Assembly: GCA_000934665.2 (NCBI GenBank)
Contig: JYFJ02004184.1
Coordinates: 1 to 34,103, forward strand
Reading direction: 5' to 3'
DNA: 34,103 nucleotides
From: Catajapyx aquilonaris
Taxonomy: Eukaryota
The notes beneath the pieces are model-generated. The model was not told where the DNA came from. It saw only the letters and a program-made list of their open reading frames with translations, and made no database searches. Shown in pieces: positions 21,830-34,082 of the stretch (positions within the stretch are counted from its first letter, which is position 1; each line of letters opens with the position of its first letter). The position numbers and the translations under genes are program-made.

Positions 21830-21952
21830 AATTTCCTCAGCCATGGCTTTCTTGGAATCACTTGATAGCCTCATTTAGAGGAACCCAAATTTCTTGGCTG
21901 GGTTGGACTAGGCTAAAATCTCAGTCCATGCTTCAGTAGCAATTCACCTGTA

Positions 21953-22339
21953 CAGTACCGCTCATAAAGAATGGTACGACTCTATAGACAAAATGTTTAT
22001 TCTGTTCCCAACCCCTGGGTCACCAGCATGTTTTTAGGTGTCATGAGGAAGGCTGGGAAAATGTAATTAAAATCAAGAAAAAAAGAGAAGAAAAAAACAA
22101 GGCAAAGTAAGAAAATTTAAGGGGGGAAATTCATCTCAAATCTATGTAAGTCTTGTACCAGGTTGAACATTTTGGTATTAAATTTTTTTGGAAAAAGTCG
22201 GGAGGGGGTCATATGGGTCGCCAGAGATCTAGGACAAGTTGTCCATAGTGTCGTGACGAAATCAGGTTGGGAATAATGATGGATAGTCAGAATAAACACG
22301 TCGTTCATAGAGTCGTACCATTCTTTATGAGCAGGATTG
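21953..22339. mobile_element. Tc1-like MITE
   Basis: TA|cagtaccgctcataaagaatggtacgactctat ... atagagtcgtaccattctttatgagcaggattg|TA. Confidence 0.85.
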
Positions 22340-22574
22340 TACCAGTATCGGCCTCTTATATTTCCTTCTTCTGACATCCCTTGACTGCTGGGCCACCCAC
22401 ATCCTTACTAGTACCTTGATCTCTATCTCATCTCAAAAATATTACCTTTATTCCCACCTCATATATTCCAAGCAATCACAAATGAAAACACAAACATAGA
22501 ACTCTGAACAGTGGGAGGGGAGGGGAGGGGGGTGTCCAAATATGCTTATATCAACCAATTCCAACTATGCTATA

Positions 22575-23310
22575 CAGGTAAAATCTCGTTACAACAAAGC
22601 CTGCGGGACCGGGCAAATCTTTTCATAATAACGGAATTTCGTTAAATTGAGATCGGTTATTTTTATTTCCTAAATGCAGCGTGCCTGAGAGGTTACAAAC
22701 AAATATCACTTCTGATCTCCCGAATTGTGAATTAAGAGGGAGATACGTCAAATAAATCGAAGATAAATAAATAAAATTATGCCCTGTCCACACTTGTACG
22801 TCGTCATGTGCCGCTACAAAATCGTGGAAGGTAACTTCATCCGGCATGCTGGTGCTTTCAGCAATGGACCTCCACACAGACAGGTCGTCAAGGTCATCTG
22901 AGTCTTCGGCGTCCTGGTCACTCCCGAAAACAGACACTGCCGACCCTGTGATGCAACTTTTACCCCAACATTTCGCGATTGTTGACGGTGTTACGGACGA
23001 CCAGGCTTCAGTGATCATGTCGATGGCTTGCTTGACGTCAATTTTGCAAGGGCTGCACTCACTTATCGCTATAGACAGTGCTGGAGCAGGTGTGGCGGAG
23101 CATTTCACTAGTGCATATTGCGTTATATCGGGTTCAATACTAGCCTAGGAACCACATTTCGTATTCGTTGTACTGAAAATTTCGTAGTAACGCATTTCGT
23201 AATAACGAATTACAAATACATTGCTCTTATGGCTGGCCAACCAAAATTTTATTTTTATTGCGTTCTATTGAAATCCTTGTATTGGTATTCGCTAAAACGA
23301 GATTTTACTG
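22575..23310 (-). mobile_element. Internally deleted Tigger/pogo element
   Basis: TA|caggtaaaatctcgtt ... aacgagattttactg|TA. The minus frame carries IDVKQAIDMITEAWSSVTPSTIAKCW..TFHDFV, the Tigger transposase C-terminal pattern. Confidence 0.88.
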
Positions 23311-23681
23311 TATCTGGATTCAACTGTGTATGGTTTTGAAGAAGGCATTCCAGGCTTTCATTCAATGTTACCTGAATTGTCCAGTGATCAAGTATATTAC
23401 ACATTCCATGTACATGGAGACAAAAGTTATCAGCATGCCCTTATAGCTCCACTCTACAAAAATTCTTTACTTAACAGGTTGCCTTTTATTTGCAACAGAA
23501 ATACCTAAAAATTCTCTTCCAGGGCCAAACAAATTACATGATGGTCAAGTTTCTGCTGAATTAAGGATTCAATGTAGACCAGTTTCACTGTTGTTTCTCT
23601 CAATCTTAATCCAAACCCATGCAATAATGCATTAGTTTGGACTTGCCTTTCTGTGCATTACTTACAATTTTAAATTTTTAG

Positions 23682-24070
23682 TGCATCGTCATCATCACTG
23701 GAGGACACAGTACCTACTGGGATGACTCCTGCAATGCTTGAGATTTGGAAGAGAAAGCAGCAAAAAGAAGAAGCAGAAAAGGAGTTGAAGAGAAGCAAGG
23801 TGGTACGAAGGGGAAGGCCACCAGCTGTCAAGGCTATGGAAGTTTCTGTGTCTGGTGACAAAACCGTCATGCCAAATAGCAAATCCTCATCTACAGAGGA
23901 CAAGAGTGGGAATAGCGACAGTAGCTCCAGGGGATGTAGGACTTCCAGGGCAGGGAGAGTTGTGAGGCGCCCTGCTGTCTTTTCTGCTACAGAGGTAGAA
24001 GTCCCATCTGTCAGGAAGAAAGAACTTGTCTCTCCACCCAAGAAGAAACAAGGGGGAAAGATAGCTACAA
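23682..24070 (+). CDS. Host gene exon C (389 nt, phase 2 to phase 1); AT-hook-like RRGRPP
   Basis: Acceptor ttttaaatttttAG, donor GTGAGT. In frame with exon B (TC|T = Ser) and stop-free. Confidence 0.82.
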
Positions 24071-25338
24071 GTGAGTGACTGAATTTTCTCTTCTGCCTTG
24101 CCTAAAAACGTAACTTTTTAAAATGCGATATGGTCTTGTGAGATATGTTGGTTCACTAGTGGCAAAAACTGCCTTTTACAGTACCTCTGCAAGCAGCACC
24201 AATGTGGGCATGTGTGGAAGCAAGCATGAGCACAAGTTGATTTATGCATGCTTCAACCTGCACCTGCACCTGGTAATGCTTGCATGTGTAGAAGGCAGTT
24301 TTTTTCCAGCACTGTACCGGTGGCGGGTGGCATTTTTAAAAAACCTCTGGAGGTTCTCAAATTATTATTATTTTGCCAGAATGATGCTTTGTTTCTGTGG
24401 AGCTTTTTAGTTGTGGTACCATTAGGGGGGAAAAAATCAAAACGGATAAAAAACAACAAAATTGCCAATTTCATTACTTTGTGCTCCTTGTGAGAAATAT
24501 TTGCAAGGAAAAATTGACAACTTAACCTCCCAATTTGGGCATGGAGGGTTCTCACCAAACCATTGGTTTCCAGTAGATATCCTTGAGTTTTTCTAATCAA
24601 GTGTCATCTTCAGTGTTAAGTCACATTAGATCAAGACCTAGAAGGAGTTCACAGATGCATAACCTAAAAGGATGAGTTATTCTTCCATTCTGATCGTTAT
24701 TTAGTCCAATGGCATTGTGTCCTCTGCAGTGAAAAATTTCACTGACGAGTTTCATCCCACCCTATTGTTCCACTCAAGGCGGTGGCACAGTGGTAAGAAT
24801 TGTTGTAGTTGACCTTCACTATACTATCCTAATGTAGAGAAGGCCCTTGCAATTTGGTCACTGTAGAAGGCAAACTTTGACATCACTTTTGGGCAATTCC
24901 TGGGCATTTTCACAGATTGGTTTAGTCGTGAGAATTCTTAACAGAAATTGGCGAGTGATGCCAGAGCTTGGTCTGTGTGTCAATCAAAATGAAACAACAT
25001 AGCCCCAGCACAGGGTCATCTGTATACTGTGATAGTAGAGAGAAAGTCCTCTCCAGTGGCAGAAAGGATGTCTTCTAGGATCAATTTTGTTATGACCCTA
25101 TAAATTTTATTGGAAGTTGTTTCCGGATAATATTAGATTAACCCCTTCAGCCCCAGCCACCTAGAATCTGGGCGATGAGAACTCGACGGTGCAGTACAAG
25201 CTATCCGCCATCGCCTAGTTTTCCGCTTAGCCGTGCACTGAAGATTATGAACAAGATATTTTACAAATAATAACAGCTATACTTTTCTGTTTGTGGAAAA
25301 CACTATGAATGTGTTGGAAACCATTTTCCTCCCGTATA

Positions 25339-26241
25339 CAAGGTGTGATCCAAAATTTTCCGGATTTTGGATATACCGTGCAAACCAGTAGAGGTACGAC
25401 CTTGTGACACTAGGGAGTGCTAGATGCACCTTTCAGCTATTAGTCTGAAAAATATCATCTTCATAGGTGCACATGTTTCTGAGTTTCGGCAGTTTTCTTG
25501 ACACCGTGTTCATGTTTCTGCGATTTTTCGAAATGGCTGATGTTATGGAGCAAAGGATTTGCGTCAAATTTTGCTTCAAGCTCAAAGAAACTTCGGCTGC
25601 AGCCCACCAAATGCTGGCCAAGGCTTTTGATGAGCAAGCTGTAAACCAAGCAATAACATACGAGTAGTTTAAGCTCTCTAAAGATGGCGGACCCAGTTTG
25701 CAGCAAAATCAACTCAATGCAGATCATTTTCTTTGACATTTGAGGAATTGTGCATATGGAGTTTCTTATATGTGGTGAAATTGTCAACACGAAGTCTTAA
25801 CTGCGATGATTTGAGACGATTTAGGCTGAAATGGGCGGAAATGTGGGAGAACAGAGGCTGATTGTTGCACCATGACAATGCACCTGCACACACCTCACAC
25901 GTAGTCAGGGACTTCCTGACAAACAACAACATGACCACGGTCCCCCACCCTGCCTATTCGTTTGTTCTGGCCCAATGTGATTTCTATCTCTTCCCTAAAA
26001 TGAAATTTGGGTTGAAAAGAAGGCATTTTGACTATGCTCAAGAGATTTAAGCAAAATCGCAGCAGGTGCTGAACACGCTACAGTTGGCCATTTTTTTTTT
26101 CTTCCAAAAATGGGAAATTCGCTGGGATCGTTGTATGCGAGCCCAAGGTAACTACTTTGAGGGTGATGGAGACAACTAGTCTGAAAATGAGTTTTCCACC
26201 CAGTGGCAGCAGCAGTCCGGAAAATTTTGGATCACACCTCG
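25339..26241 (+). mobile_element. Internally deleted mariner (irritans-like)
   Basis: TA|caaggtgtgatccaaaattttccgga ... tccggaaaattttggatcacacctcg|TA. Confidence 0.93.
25533..26180 (+). pseudogene. Mariner transposase pseudogene (central deletion, stops)
   Basis: MEQRICVKFCFKL..., LHHDNAPAH, PHPAYS..CDFYLFPK, RWDRC..GNYFEGD. Confidence 0.92.
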
Positions 26242-26776
26242 TATGTCCCTAAATTAATTTTCGAAAGTATCACTGTAAAAACTCGAAATTCGAGTACTGG
26301 CAGCCACGTTAGGTGATTTAATTATGAAATGCATTAAAATATATGAAATAACCATCTTGAGAAGCATGCCAGATGAATTTTCTGAAATCGTTATACTTTT
26401 CGAGAGATTAATAAATTTGGGAGTAATCCGAATGACAGGCAAGTGGCAGAAAAGTATTCATTTATTTCTTGGAAAGTGCAATGATTTCATTATTTCAACA
26501 GTCTTCTAGCATGGTTCTCAAGATTGTTATTCCGTATATTTTAACGTATTTCATAGTTAAATCAGCATAACAGTTGGCCAGCAGTACTCGGATTTTCATG
26601 TTTTACCATGATCTTTTTGGAAATTAATTTACGGACTTATAGCCAAGGAAAATTGTTTCCGACAAAAGCGTTGTGTTTTGCATGAATGGGTAAGTATAGC
26701 TGTTACCATATTACCTCACAGCGGCATGCAGGTGTACCCGAGGTCGACCAGTTTTTAGAAATGCACGATCTGGTGG

Positions 26777-26846
26777 CTATACCGGCATGCCGGTATAGGG
26801 CGAGGTATGCTGGTATAGGGCGAGGTATGCCGGTATAGGGCGAGGT
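26777..26846. repeat. 22-bp perfect palindrome overlapping a 3 x 20-bp tandem repeat
   Basis: ctataccggcatgccggtatag (26777-26798); atgc(c/t)ggtatagggcgaggt x3 (26787-26846). Confidence 0.9.
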
Positions 26847-26859
26847 TTTCACATAAGTA

Positions 26860-27090
26860 AGCTGGGTTCACACTAGCTGACGGTAGCATACGAAACCAAC
26901 GAAACGGTACTGCAGACCAATCAGAGCTACCGACCTTCCCTTCCGTTTCTATCAATGTCAGAGGCAAGAAAGCGGCGGGGTCCTTCAACTGCCTCTTCCA
27001 GAAGCGCTGCCCCCACTCACTAGCCACCATCCCAGCCAGCTTTCCTACCTCCCCATTGGCAGATACGAAACCAATGGACCGGACTGCCGT
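26860..27090. mobile_element. Left-end fragment of a PIF/Harbinger-like element
   Basis: taagctgggttcacactag start and repeated atacgaaaccaa; no right end located. Confidence 0.35.
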
Positions 27091-27687
27091 AAAAATGTTG
27101 ATTATTTTCGGTAATTGTATTTTATAAAGTGTGAGTGTTGTTATTCAGCAATAAATATTGCTCGGAACTAAAATCTTGCAGATCCTGCAGCTGGGAATGT
27201 TTACGTTATAAGTCGTTACTTACGGCATCGAGCTGGAAGGCTACGAAGGTGTGATAACGGAGTCTCAAGTCCCTTATGACTCAACTAATGGTCACAGGAG
27301 ATCGATTTTTTTTACACATACAGATGAGAATACAGGCCGAATTTATCGGGGAAGAATGGCTTTAGTGCTATTAAGTCAAATTTAAAAAAAGAAAATGAAA
27401 ACTGCGTGGGGTCCATAAAGACCCCACGTCGTAGCCAATGTATGGCAGATTCACGTTGGTGATTAAGTGTTAAGGAAGTGGCCCTGCTGGAAGTGACCCA
27501 GACAACGCGAGGCTCGGGCGACCTTGATGAAAGTCCAATTGGGAAAAAATGAAAGGTCATGGTCCATGCCGTTTTTCGAATACCCGATTAAACGGTTTCC
27601 GATTATTCGGATAAAAATCGGCTCAAAAACACGTATAAACGTGAATGAACGCGCACACGTTATGAAACGTTCTTACACGTGTACTAT

Positions 27688-27889
27688 CGGACGCAAAAAG
27701 AATGTCCGGGGAGAGTCTTCGTTCAGCCTGGTGGAGGCAAACCATTGCACAGATGTGTACACACACACTTGTGTGTACGTCCGTGCTTATCTGCTGAGCT
27801 TTTTCCCTCCTCCCTTAGCTACCCAGGTGCAATGGTTTGCCTCCACCAGGCTGAACGAAGACTCTCCCCGGACATTCTTTTTGCGTGCC
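27688..27889. mobile_element. MITE with a 60-bp perfect inverted repeat
   Basis: 27691-27750 is the exact reverse complement of 27827-27886; TAT on both flanks. Confidence 0.85.
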
Positions 27890-28096
27890 TATGTACATGC
27901 ACCCGTTTAAACGTGTGCGGTGCTATGGTTTTCTGGTGAAACGTTTCATTGAACCTACTAAACGAATAGCGTAGGTAGGAGGCGAGCAGAAAGATAGGAA
28001 TTGTAGGACGCTGGAAATCAATGATATTTGGCACCAAGGTCCATGATAGTGTGAAGAAGAGAAGTGAAAGATAGAATGGAATAATAAGCCCTCGTA

Positions 28097-28381
28097 ATCG
28101 AAGCAGTTTGGAGGAGGGGATATGGTGTCTGACTGCTAATCGGAAGGTCCTGGGATCAAATCCCGGTGCCGGCAACTCTGACCGTGGTTTTCTGTGGTTT
28201 CCCACGGTCCTTCCAGGAAAATTCTGGAGTTGCTTTCGTAATTAATACGCCACAGCCACTTCCTTCCGTCCCTATCCTATCCCAAAGAGCACGGTAAAAT
28301 GAAAAGTAAAGAGTTCCAGGCAAAACAAACTTCCCCCCTAAAGAGCCGATGGCTGATAACGGGGTATGAATTATTATTATT
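28097..28381 (+). mobile_element. tRNA-derived SINE family B
   Basis: Homologous to 9394-9688; (ATT)n tail; TSD core ataagccctc at 28084-28093 and 28382-28391. Confidence 0.9.
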
Positions 28382-28965
28382 ATAAGCCCTCATGTGAGAT
28401 ATATTTAAATTTGAATGTTGCCATTTTGCAATTATTTTGCATTCCAAATGGCCAAAACAAGTAACAGAAAAGTGCAGGAATTTTAATTATCATTTCACTG
28501 GTTACGGTAGATGATGGGTAATTTTCAGAGTTACGTCTGATTCACTGCAATTGAGTTGAAGAATAATGTTTCCAAAAAAGTGGTCCCCATTGTATTACCC
28601 CATTTGAAGAGTGTGCAGTCATCCAATTTTTCAGAAATTCCATCTTTAGTGAACCAGACATAACTGATAATCAGAGGAAACTAACAAACTGTTTCAATGT
28701 ATAATCGGTTTGAGACGAATAATCATCTTGCGTAAACCGGAAAACCGTTTTTAACAACACGTGTAATCGTGTGCTGCCGATTCAAGGTTTCTGATACACG
28801 AGTATCCTAAACACGCGTTTATACGTATACACGATTATACGGATAATGGTGACCGTTTGAAAAAATTATATACAACGTTTGTCCAACAATGCAGTGCCGC
28901 CACCCATGGGCAAAAAATGATCACTACTTTCACTACACACATTAATATGAATAAGATTACTATAA

Positions 28966-29010
28966 GTGGCCCATAACTGTATGGTGGCCCATAACTGTAT
29001 GGTTTACCCC
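28966..29010. repeat. DNA-transposon terminus with 2 x 18-bp repeat
   Basis: (gtggcccataactgtatg)x2 then gtttacccc|TA; partner end not found. Confidence 0.55.
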
Positions 29011-29727
29011 TATATTTAATATAAGATATTTCAATTGCAACACACTGGATAAATTCCAATTAACTCCTTTCACTCTTATTCTGTTAAAGTGTACTAGGAG
29101 TGATCCTACTCAACAGGCACATTTATTCTAGCAAAAATGGCCAAACCCAGCAGGAAGCGCACCAGTTCCTCCAGCTTCAGTCCTGCTCGCCGTGCTTCCC
29201 CAAGACTCCGCCAACGACGGTGCTCACCTCGACTCTCATCGGAAAGCTCTGACTGACAACTGAAAAGGATCAAGACTGCCTCACAACTGGTAGAACACAC
29301 CTACTTAGTGAGGCATCAAGTGACTGGGCAGGGTTTCATGGCATCTAGCTTCTGAAACCTGTAGATGTGACTACCAGGTATTTAGGATGTGATTTATTGG
29401 TTAATTATCAATTTTAGTTACATGATGTCGTTTTGGTATGGATATGTTATGCGTGCCAATTTAATTTTTCATTTATTAGATCCTGGATTTTGTGCAACTG
29501 TTCAAAGTGCTTATTAAGTTATATAATCCTCCATTTGTTTCAAATGGGCATGCAGCTAAATGGCAATTGTGTTTTAGTCACGTTGGTTTTGTGGCAATTA
29601 TATTTTTGCGCCATGCCCAAAACATATGGAGGAGCACTGTTGTCTGACATTGAACCCTGAATAAGATGTGCTTGTTTTGATCCATTTATACCTATGGGGT
29701 GAAAAATAATCATAGGGAAAGTGATAA

Positions 29728-29890
29728 TTTCTGCTGTCCCAAGGTGAAACGCTGTATGTCCAAAACCAGTTAGGACAAAAGTCACTTGCCGGCCCTGAAC
29801 CCATCCCTCGGGACTGGGGGGACAGGTGTACATGACCTTCATCCTTACTGGTTTTGGACATAGGGCATTTCACCTTGGGACAGCAGATTT
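29728..29890. repeat. Hairpin MITE remnant
   Basis: tctgctgtcccaaggtgaaacgctgtatgtccaaaaccagt is inverted at about 29847-29887. Confidence 0.75.
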
Positions 29891-31234
29891 GTCTGGGATA
29901 AGTTGAGCATATTCTCTCATATGTCTCTTTACCCCCCTCCCCCACACCCCCACCACAATCTAAAGCTATGTATCCACATCAGAGTTTTCTCGCGCAAGAG
30001 GAGCCAGCGGCGCATGTCCATATCAGAGGAAAAAGAAAAAATAACAAAATTTCAACTATAATTTCCTTTCCGAGGGGCCAGAGAGGCCCTGAGGTGACAT
30101 AGAGTCCATCTCCACGGACAAGTTTTCTTGCGCAAGAGGACTCAGAGACTCTGGCACGAGAAACATTGACGTGGATACCCAGCTTAAGTTGTGAAACAGT
30201 TTCATTTGGGTTTAAATTGCACATTAGGGCCTCAGTTCCTCTTGTATGTTCTCATATGTCTTAAGTCCAGGTTTTGATTCATTTTATACCTGTTGTGTTG
30301 AATGCTGATTTCCAAAAGTTTATGATGCATTTAAACTTGCGTTCTGTTCACATCATTATTTTTACCACGTTGATTGATGTAATGAATCGCAGGAGATTCG
30401 CTGGTGATGAGTGCCACTTGTGTGATGTGGGGAGTGGATGTTTTTTTAAATGTGCTTGGTGTCAGGAAAAATTAAAAGTCAATAAAACCTTTTTGCTCTA
30501 CTTGAACAGTATTTTATTCGGTTGCAAGCCTCTCTAATCTCATCACTTGATAATGAATAATGCTCTGCAGTTAACTAATAAGAATGGACATCACTTGACT
30601 TTGCAACATTGAGATAAAAATGCGTTCCCACTTTTCAGGCAGCATGTGCCTAAGAAGTCAAAATAGCTACTCTGTATGCGAGTTAACCTGGGTTACCTGG
30701 GATTCCTGGGTAGCTTACTCCTGTCCCAGACTTGGGGTGAGACAGATAAGAGGCAAGGCAGTGGGACTTCCCACATCTCATCTCACATGAGTAGTTAAAA
30801 TCTATCCTGACTGGAGTGTCATACAACCAGTGCAGCAGTGAAAAGACCTGTAAACCAACCAAAACCAATCAACCTGACTTGTCCCACCACCACATCACCA
30901 CGACCTCCTGAAGGTTGGGAGAGCAATGGCAAAGAAGTTAGAACAGATATATATTGTATGGGGAATGAGAACTGCCTGAAGAGTGGGAACACATGGTTGA
31001 AAAGGTCCTGCATAAATGCACATAGCCAATAAAATGATAATGTCCCAAGTCCCACTGGAGATCACAGAAATCGTTGTTGCAGAAAAGAGACCAAGCGTTT
31101 CGTTCTGGGCTGGGAGACTCGCCTCTGTCTGTCAGTAAGGTCTGGTTGAATGATCAATGGTTATGCAATGTACGGCATGTGAAATTAAGGAAATTTCAGA
31201 ATTATTTCACAATTTCAATATATTGTGTGTACAG

Positions 31235-34082
31235 TAGGGTGGTCCAAAAATGACGAAAGTTTGAAAAGTCAGCAAGGATTGTCATGAAAAGTTTCCTTTT
31301 GACAAAAAAAAGGACTTTTGCAAAATATAGGCAATATCGGATCATATTTAGAGGTCGCGCTGTGACCTTGAAGTTCCGAAATTTTGCGAATTTTCGCATT
31401 CCCCGCGCGTTGTACTGCTATCCACAGCTTTCACACTAGGAAATCATGGGAAGGATCCTGCTCATTCTGTTCCTTCATTTCTGTACTGGGTATGTGCGAA
31501 ATCAGAGTCAAATTGGAAAACATTTAGAGGTCGCGCCGAGTGTCGACATGAATGGGGGCGCGCTGTCTGCTCCTGCACCTGCACTCGCAGTCAGTTTGAT
31601 TAATTGATATAGAGGGGGATGGCCCGAGTGAACAGAGCCAGGGACGAGTCTGGAGGAGTCAGATGGGTGTCAGACCGTCAGTATTTTCTGAAATGTGTGG
31701 TTCTGAGATCTGCTCGCTCAAAATAATTTGAAACATGGCCCGGCGATCTGGCATCAGGAACAAGCACTTTTTGCTGGGTTATGATGTGGATGAAATACCA
31801 TACGTCAGTAAACTTCCATCAAACAGAGATGTGCTGTTATTTTTCCTCCACAATCACACCACGTTGGGAAAGACAGCACGAGAAAGTGAATGGTCGGTCT
31901 TCAGGAGCCTCGAAGTGTTTTGGAAGAAAGGAGGCATACCAATTAGATATCGTCTGCGGTGCATGGAGAAGATAGAGAAGTTACATGACAGCTGGACAAA
32001 GATCAAAAAGTAGTCCAACCGCACAACGAGGAAACGCAGTTCCTTCCAAATGGAGAGGGAGGAGAATTTTAAATCCTAGCTGGGTGATTTGTTTGACATT
32101 GCCAGCACTTCAGCGCTCCTAAATGTGAATAACCATGAGGATGGAGAATTTCTGTTGATGCAACGAAAGAAGGGCCGTCCCGGGTATATGCCAGGTGGGT
32201 GTTCGTACTTGCTGCATGCTGCTTTTGTATTTAGTTTCGCTCCTTTGCATAATTCTGTATTTAGAATTCGTATACGATTTTCTCTCCAGGTATTGACGTG
32301 AAAAATGCTGAGAGAAAAGCACGGTCAGAGGCCCGGAAGAGATCTGCACAGGGAAGAATGCATCGGGAGAAGGAGAGATGTCTTCTGCAGAGTATTCATG
32401 TACTCTTTTGGAGAGCGACAGCGAGCTGGTCGCAACAGGATCGGAGAGTGGTGACAGTTTTCATGTCAGTGATCAGATGGACAAATCTCGACGGAAGAAA
32501 GTGATGACAGGACGTGTGGCCATTACGTTGGATTCCACAACAATGACCGACAGAAAAGCAGAGAAAATTATTCGCGAGATGGCTGCAGCCTGCAGCGACA
32601 CCGTAGCAGGTCCCAGTAGATCCACTATCCGCCGACATCGACGCAAGGAGAGAATTGAGACGGCTGCAAGAATTAAGGAGACGTTCAAGTGTGACACTCA
32701 ACTCGTGGTTCACTGGGACAGTAAGATTATGAAGGATTCGCCTGGAAAAGACCATGACAGGCTAGTAATTGTGGTTAGCGGTGATGAGGTTGACCAACTG
32801 CTGAAGGTACCTGAAGTGAGGCTACTGGAAATAATCACGGTGCAGCTGTGGTGCAGGCGATAAGGGAATGGGGCATAGAAGACAAAATTGTGGGACTATC
32901 CTTTGACACGACAGCGACAAACATGGGGTCCAAGAACGGAGCATGTTCTTACATACTTACGGAGCTGGGTAAAGAATTATTATTGCTACTCCCCTGCAGG
33001 CACCACATCATGGAACTGATCATCAAAGCAATGTTTGAGTGCTGTTTGAGCCCATCATTTTTAAGCGATTCCGCGATGCTTGGCCTGCAATCGATTCCTC
33101 CGATTTCAAGGCAGAGGTGACAAGGAAAGAAATTCTTGATGCCGTGCAAGATGATGCTCAAGATGTGATTGACTTTGCTCGTAGCTACCTGCAGGTTTGT
33201 GATTTTGGAAATTATTTGTACAGCAGATACCGCCATATTTTCAACCGGTCCGTTACTAGCACCAGTGCTTTATTCCAGAAATCACAACCCAGGGATGACT
33301 ACAGGGAGCTGCTGGAATTGTTAGTCATCTTCCTGAGCTCTTCTCCGCCCCTGGTGCAGTCCACAATGCACGCTGGATGGCCAAAGTAATATACTGCCTC
33401 AAGATAATTCTCTGTGCGCACCAGTTTCACCTGACACGTGGGGAAGGGAAGGGCCTCGCAGCAGTCTGCATTTTCATCGTGAAGGTGTACGCTAAGGCCT
33501 GGTACACAGCCCCTCTTGCTTCAGCTGCACCGCGCAATGTCCTGGACCTTTTGCAGTGCATTGTACGGTATAAGACGACGGACAAAACCGTAAACGCTGC
33601 TGCTCTGAAGAAGTTTATTGGTCACATGTGGTACCTTTCTGAGATACCAGTAGCCCTAGCTTTCTTTGACAATGAAGTGTCTGTAGAGGTGAAGAGGGAG
33701 ATGGTGAAGTTCATGTTCATCAGGGATGGCGTGGACATGAATATGTACCACCTGAAAATGTCGGAAACCACAGCAAGCGCTTGTGATGATATAACTCTTG
33801 CGAGTTTCGTGACAAGAAACACGGAAAAATTTATGAACATAATGAACCTTCCACTTGACATCTTCTTCTCTGACCCTGCGACATGGAGCGCCAACCCAGG
33901 CTACCAGCAAGCACAGAAGGCAGTGTCAGGACTAGCAGTTACAAATGACTTGGCAGAAAGAGGAGTTGCCTTGGCTCAGGAGTACCACAAGGTCTGACCA
34001 AGGATGATGACCAGTTCCAGTCAGTACTACTTAGTGTGTATGAAGAGAGGAAGAAGAGCAGAGAAGCAAAGTAGGATATGAG
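31235..34082 (+). mobile_element. hATm-family DNA transposon (right end outside the window)
   Basis: Left terminus TAGGGTGGTCC, subterminal repeat atttagaggtcgcgc x2, then a transposase gene. Confidence 0.85.
31735..34074 (+). pseudogene. hATm transposase pseudogene with two introns (32195-32289, 33195-33278)
   Basis: Motifs KLPSNRDVL, FWKKGGIP, LFDIA, VVHWDSK, FDTTATN.G, CRHHIMEL, QPRDDYRELLEL, ARWMAK, HMWYLSE, VTNDLAERGV. Stops at 32011 and 32077 and several frameshifts. Confidence 0.92.

Larger units (their letters stand above)
25142..26846. mobile_element. piggyBac-like non-autonomous element with internal long inverted repeats, split by a mariner
   Basis: TTAA|ccccttcagccc left end. 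Segments 25270-25336 plus 26244-26305 are inverted relative to about 26575-26706. Right end degraded. Confidence 0.55.

Noticed and set aside
30639..30672. Possible next host exon (good acceptor, GTATGC donor)
   Set aside because: Only 34 nt, open in more than one frame, with no independent support; needs RNA-seq.
30690..30875. Possible SINE or LINE end with an (AACC)n tail
   Set aside because: No Pol III boxes, TSD or second copy seen.
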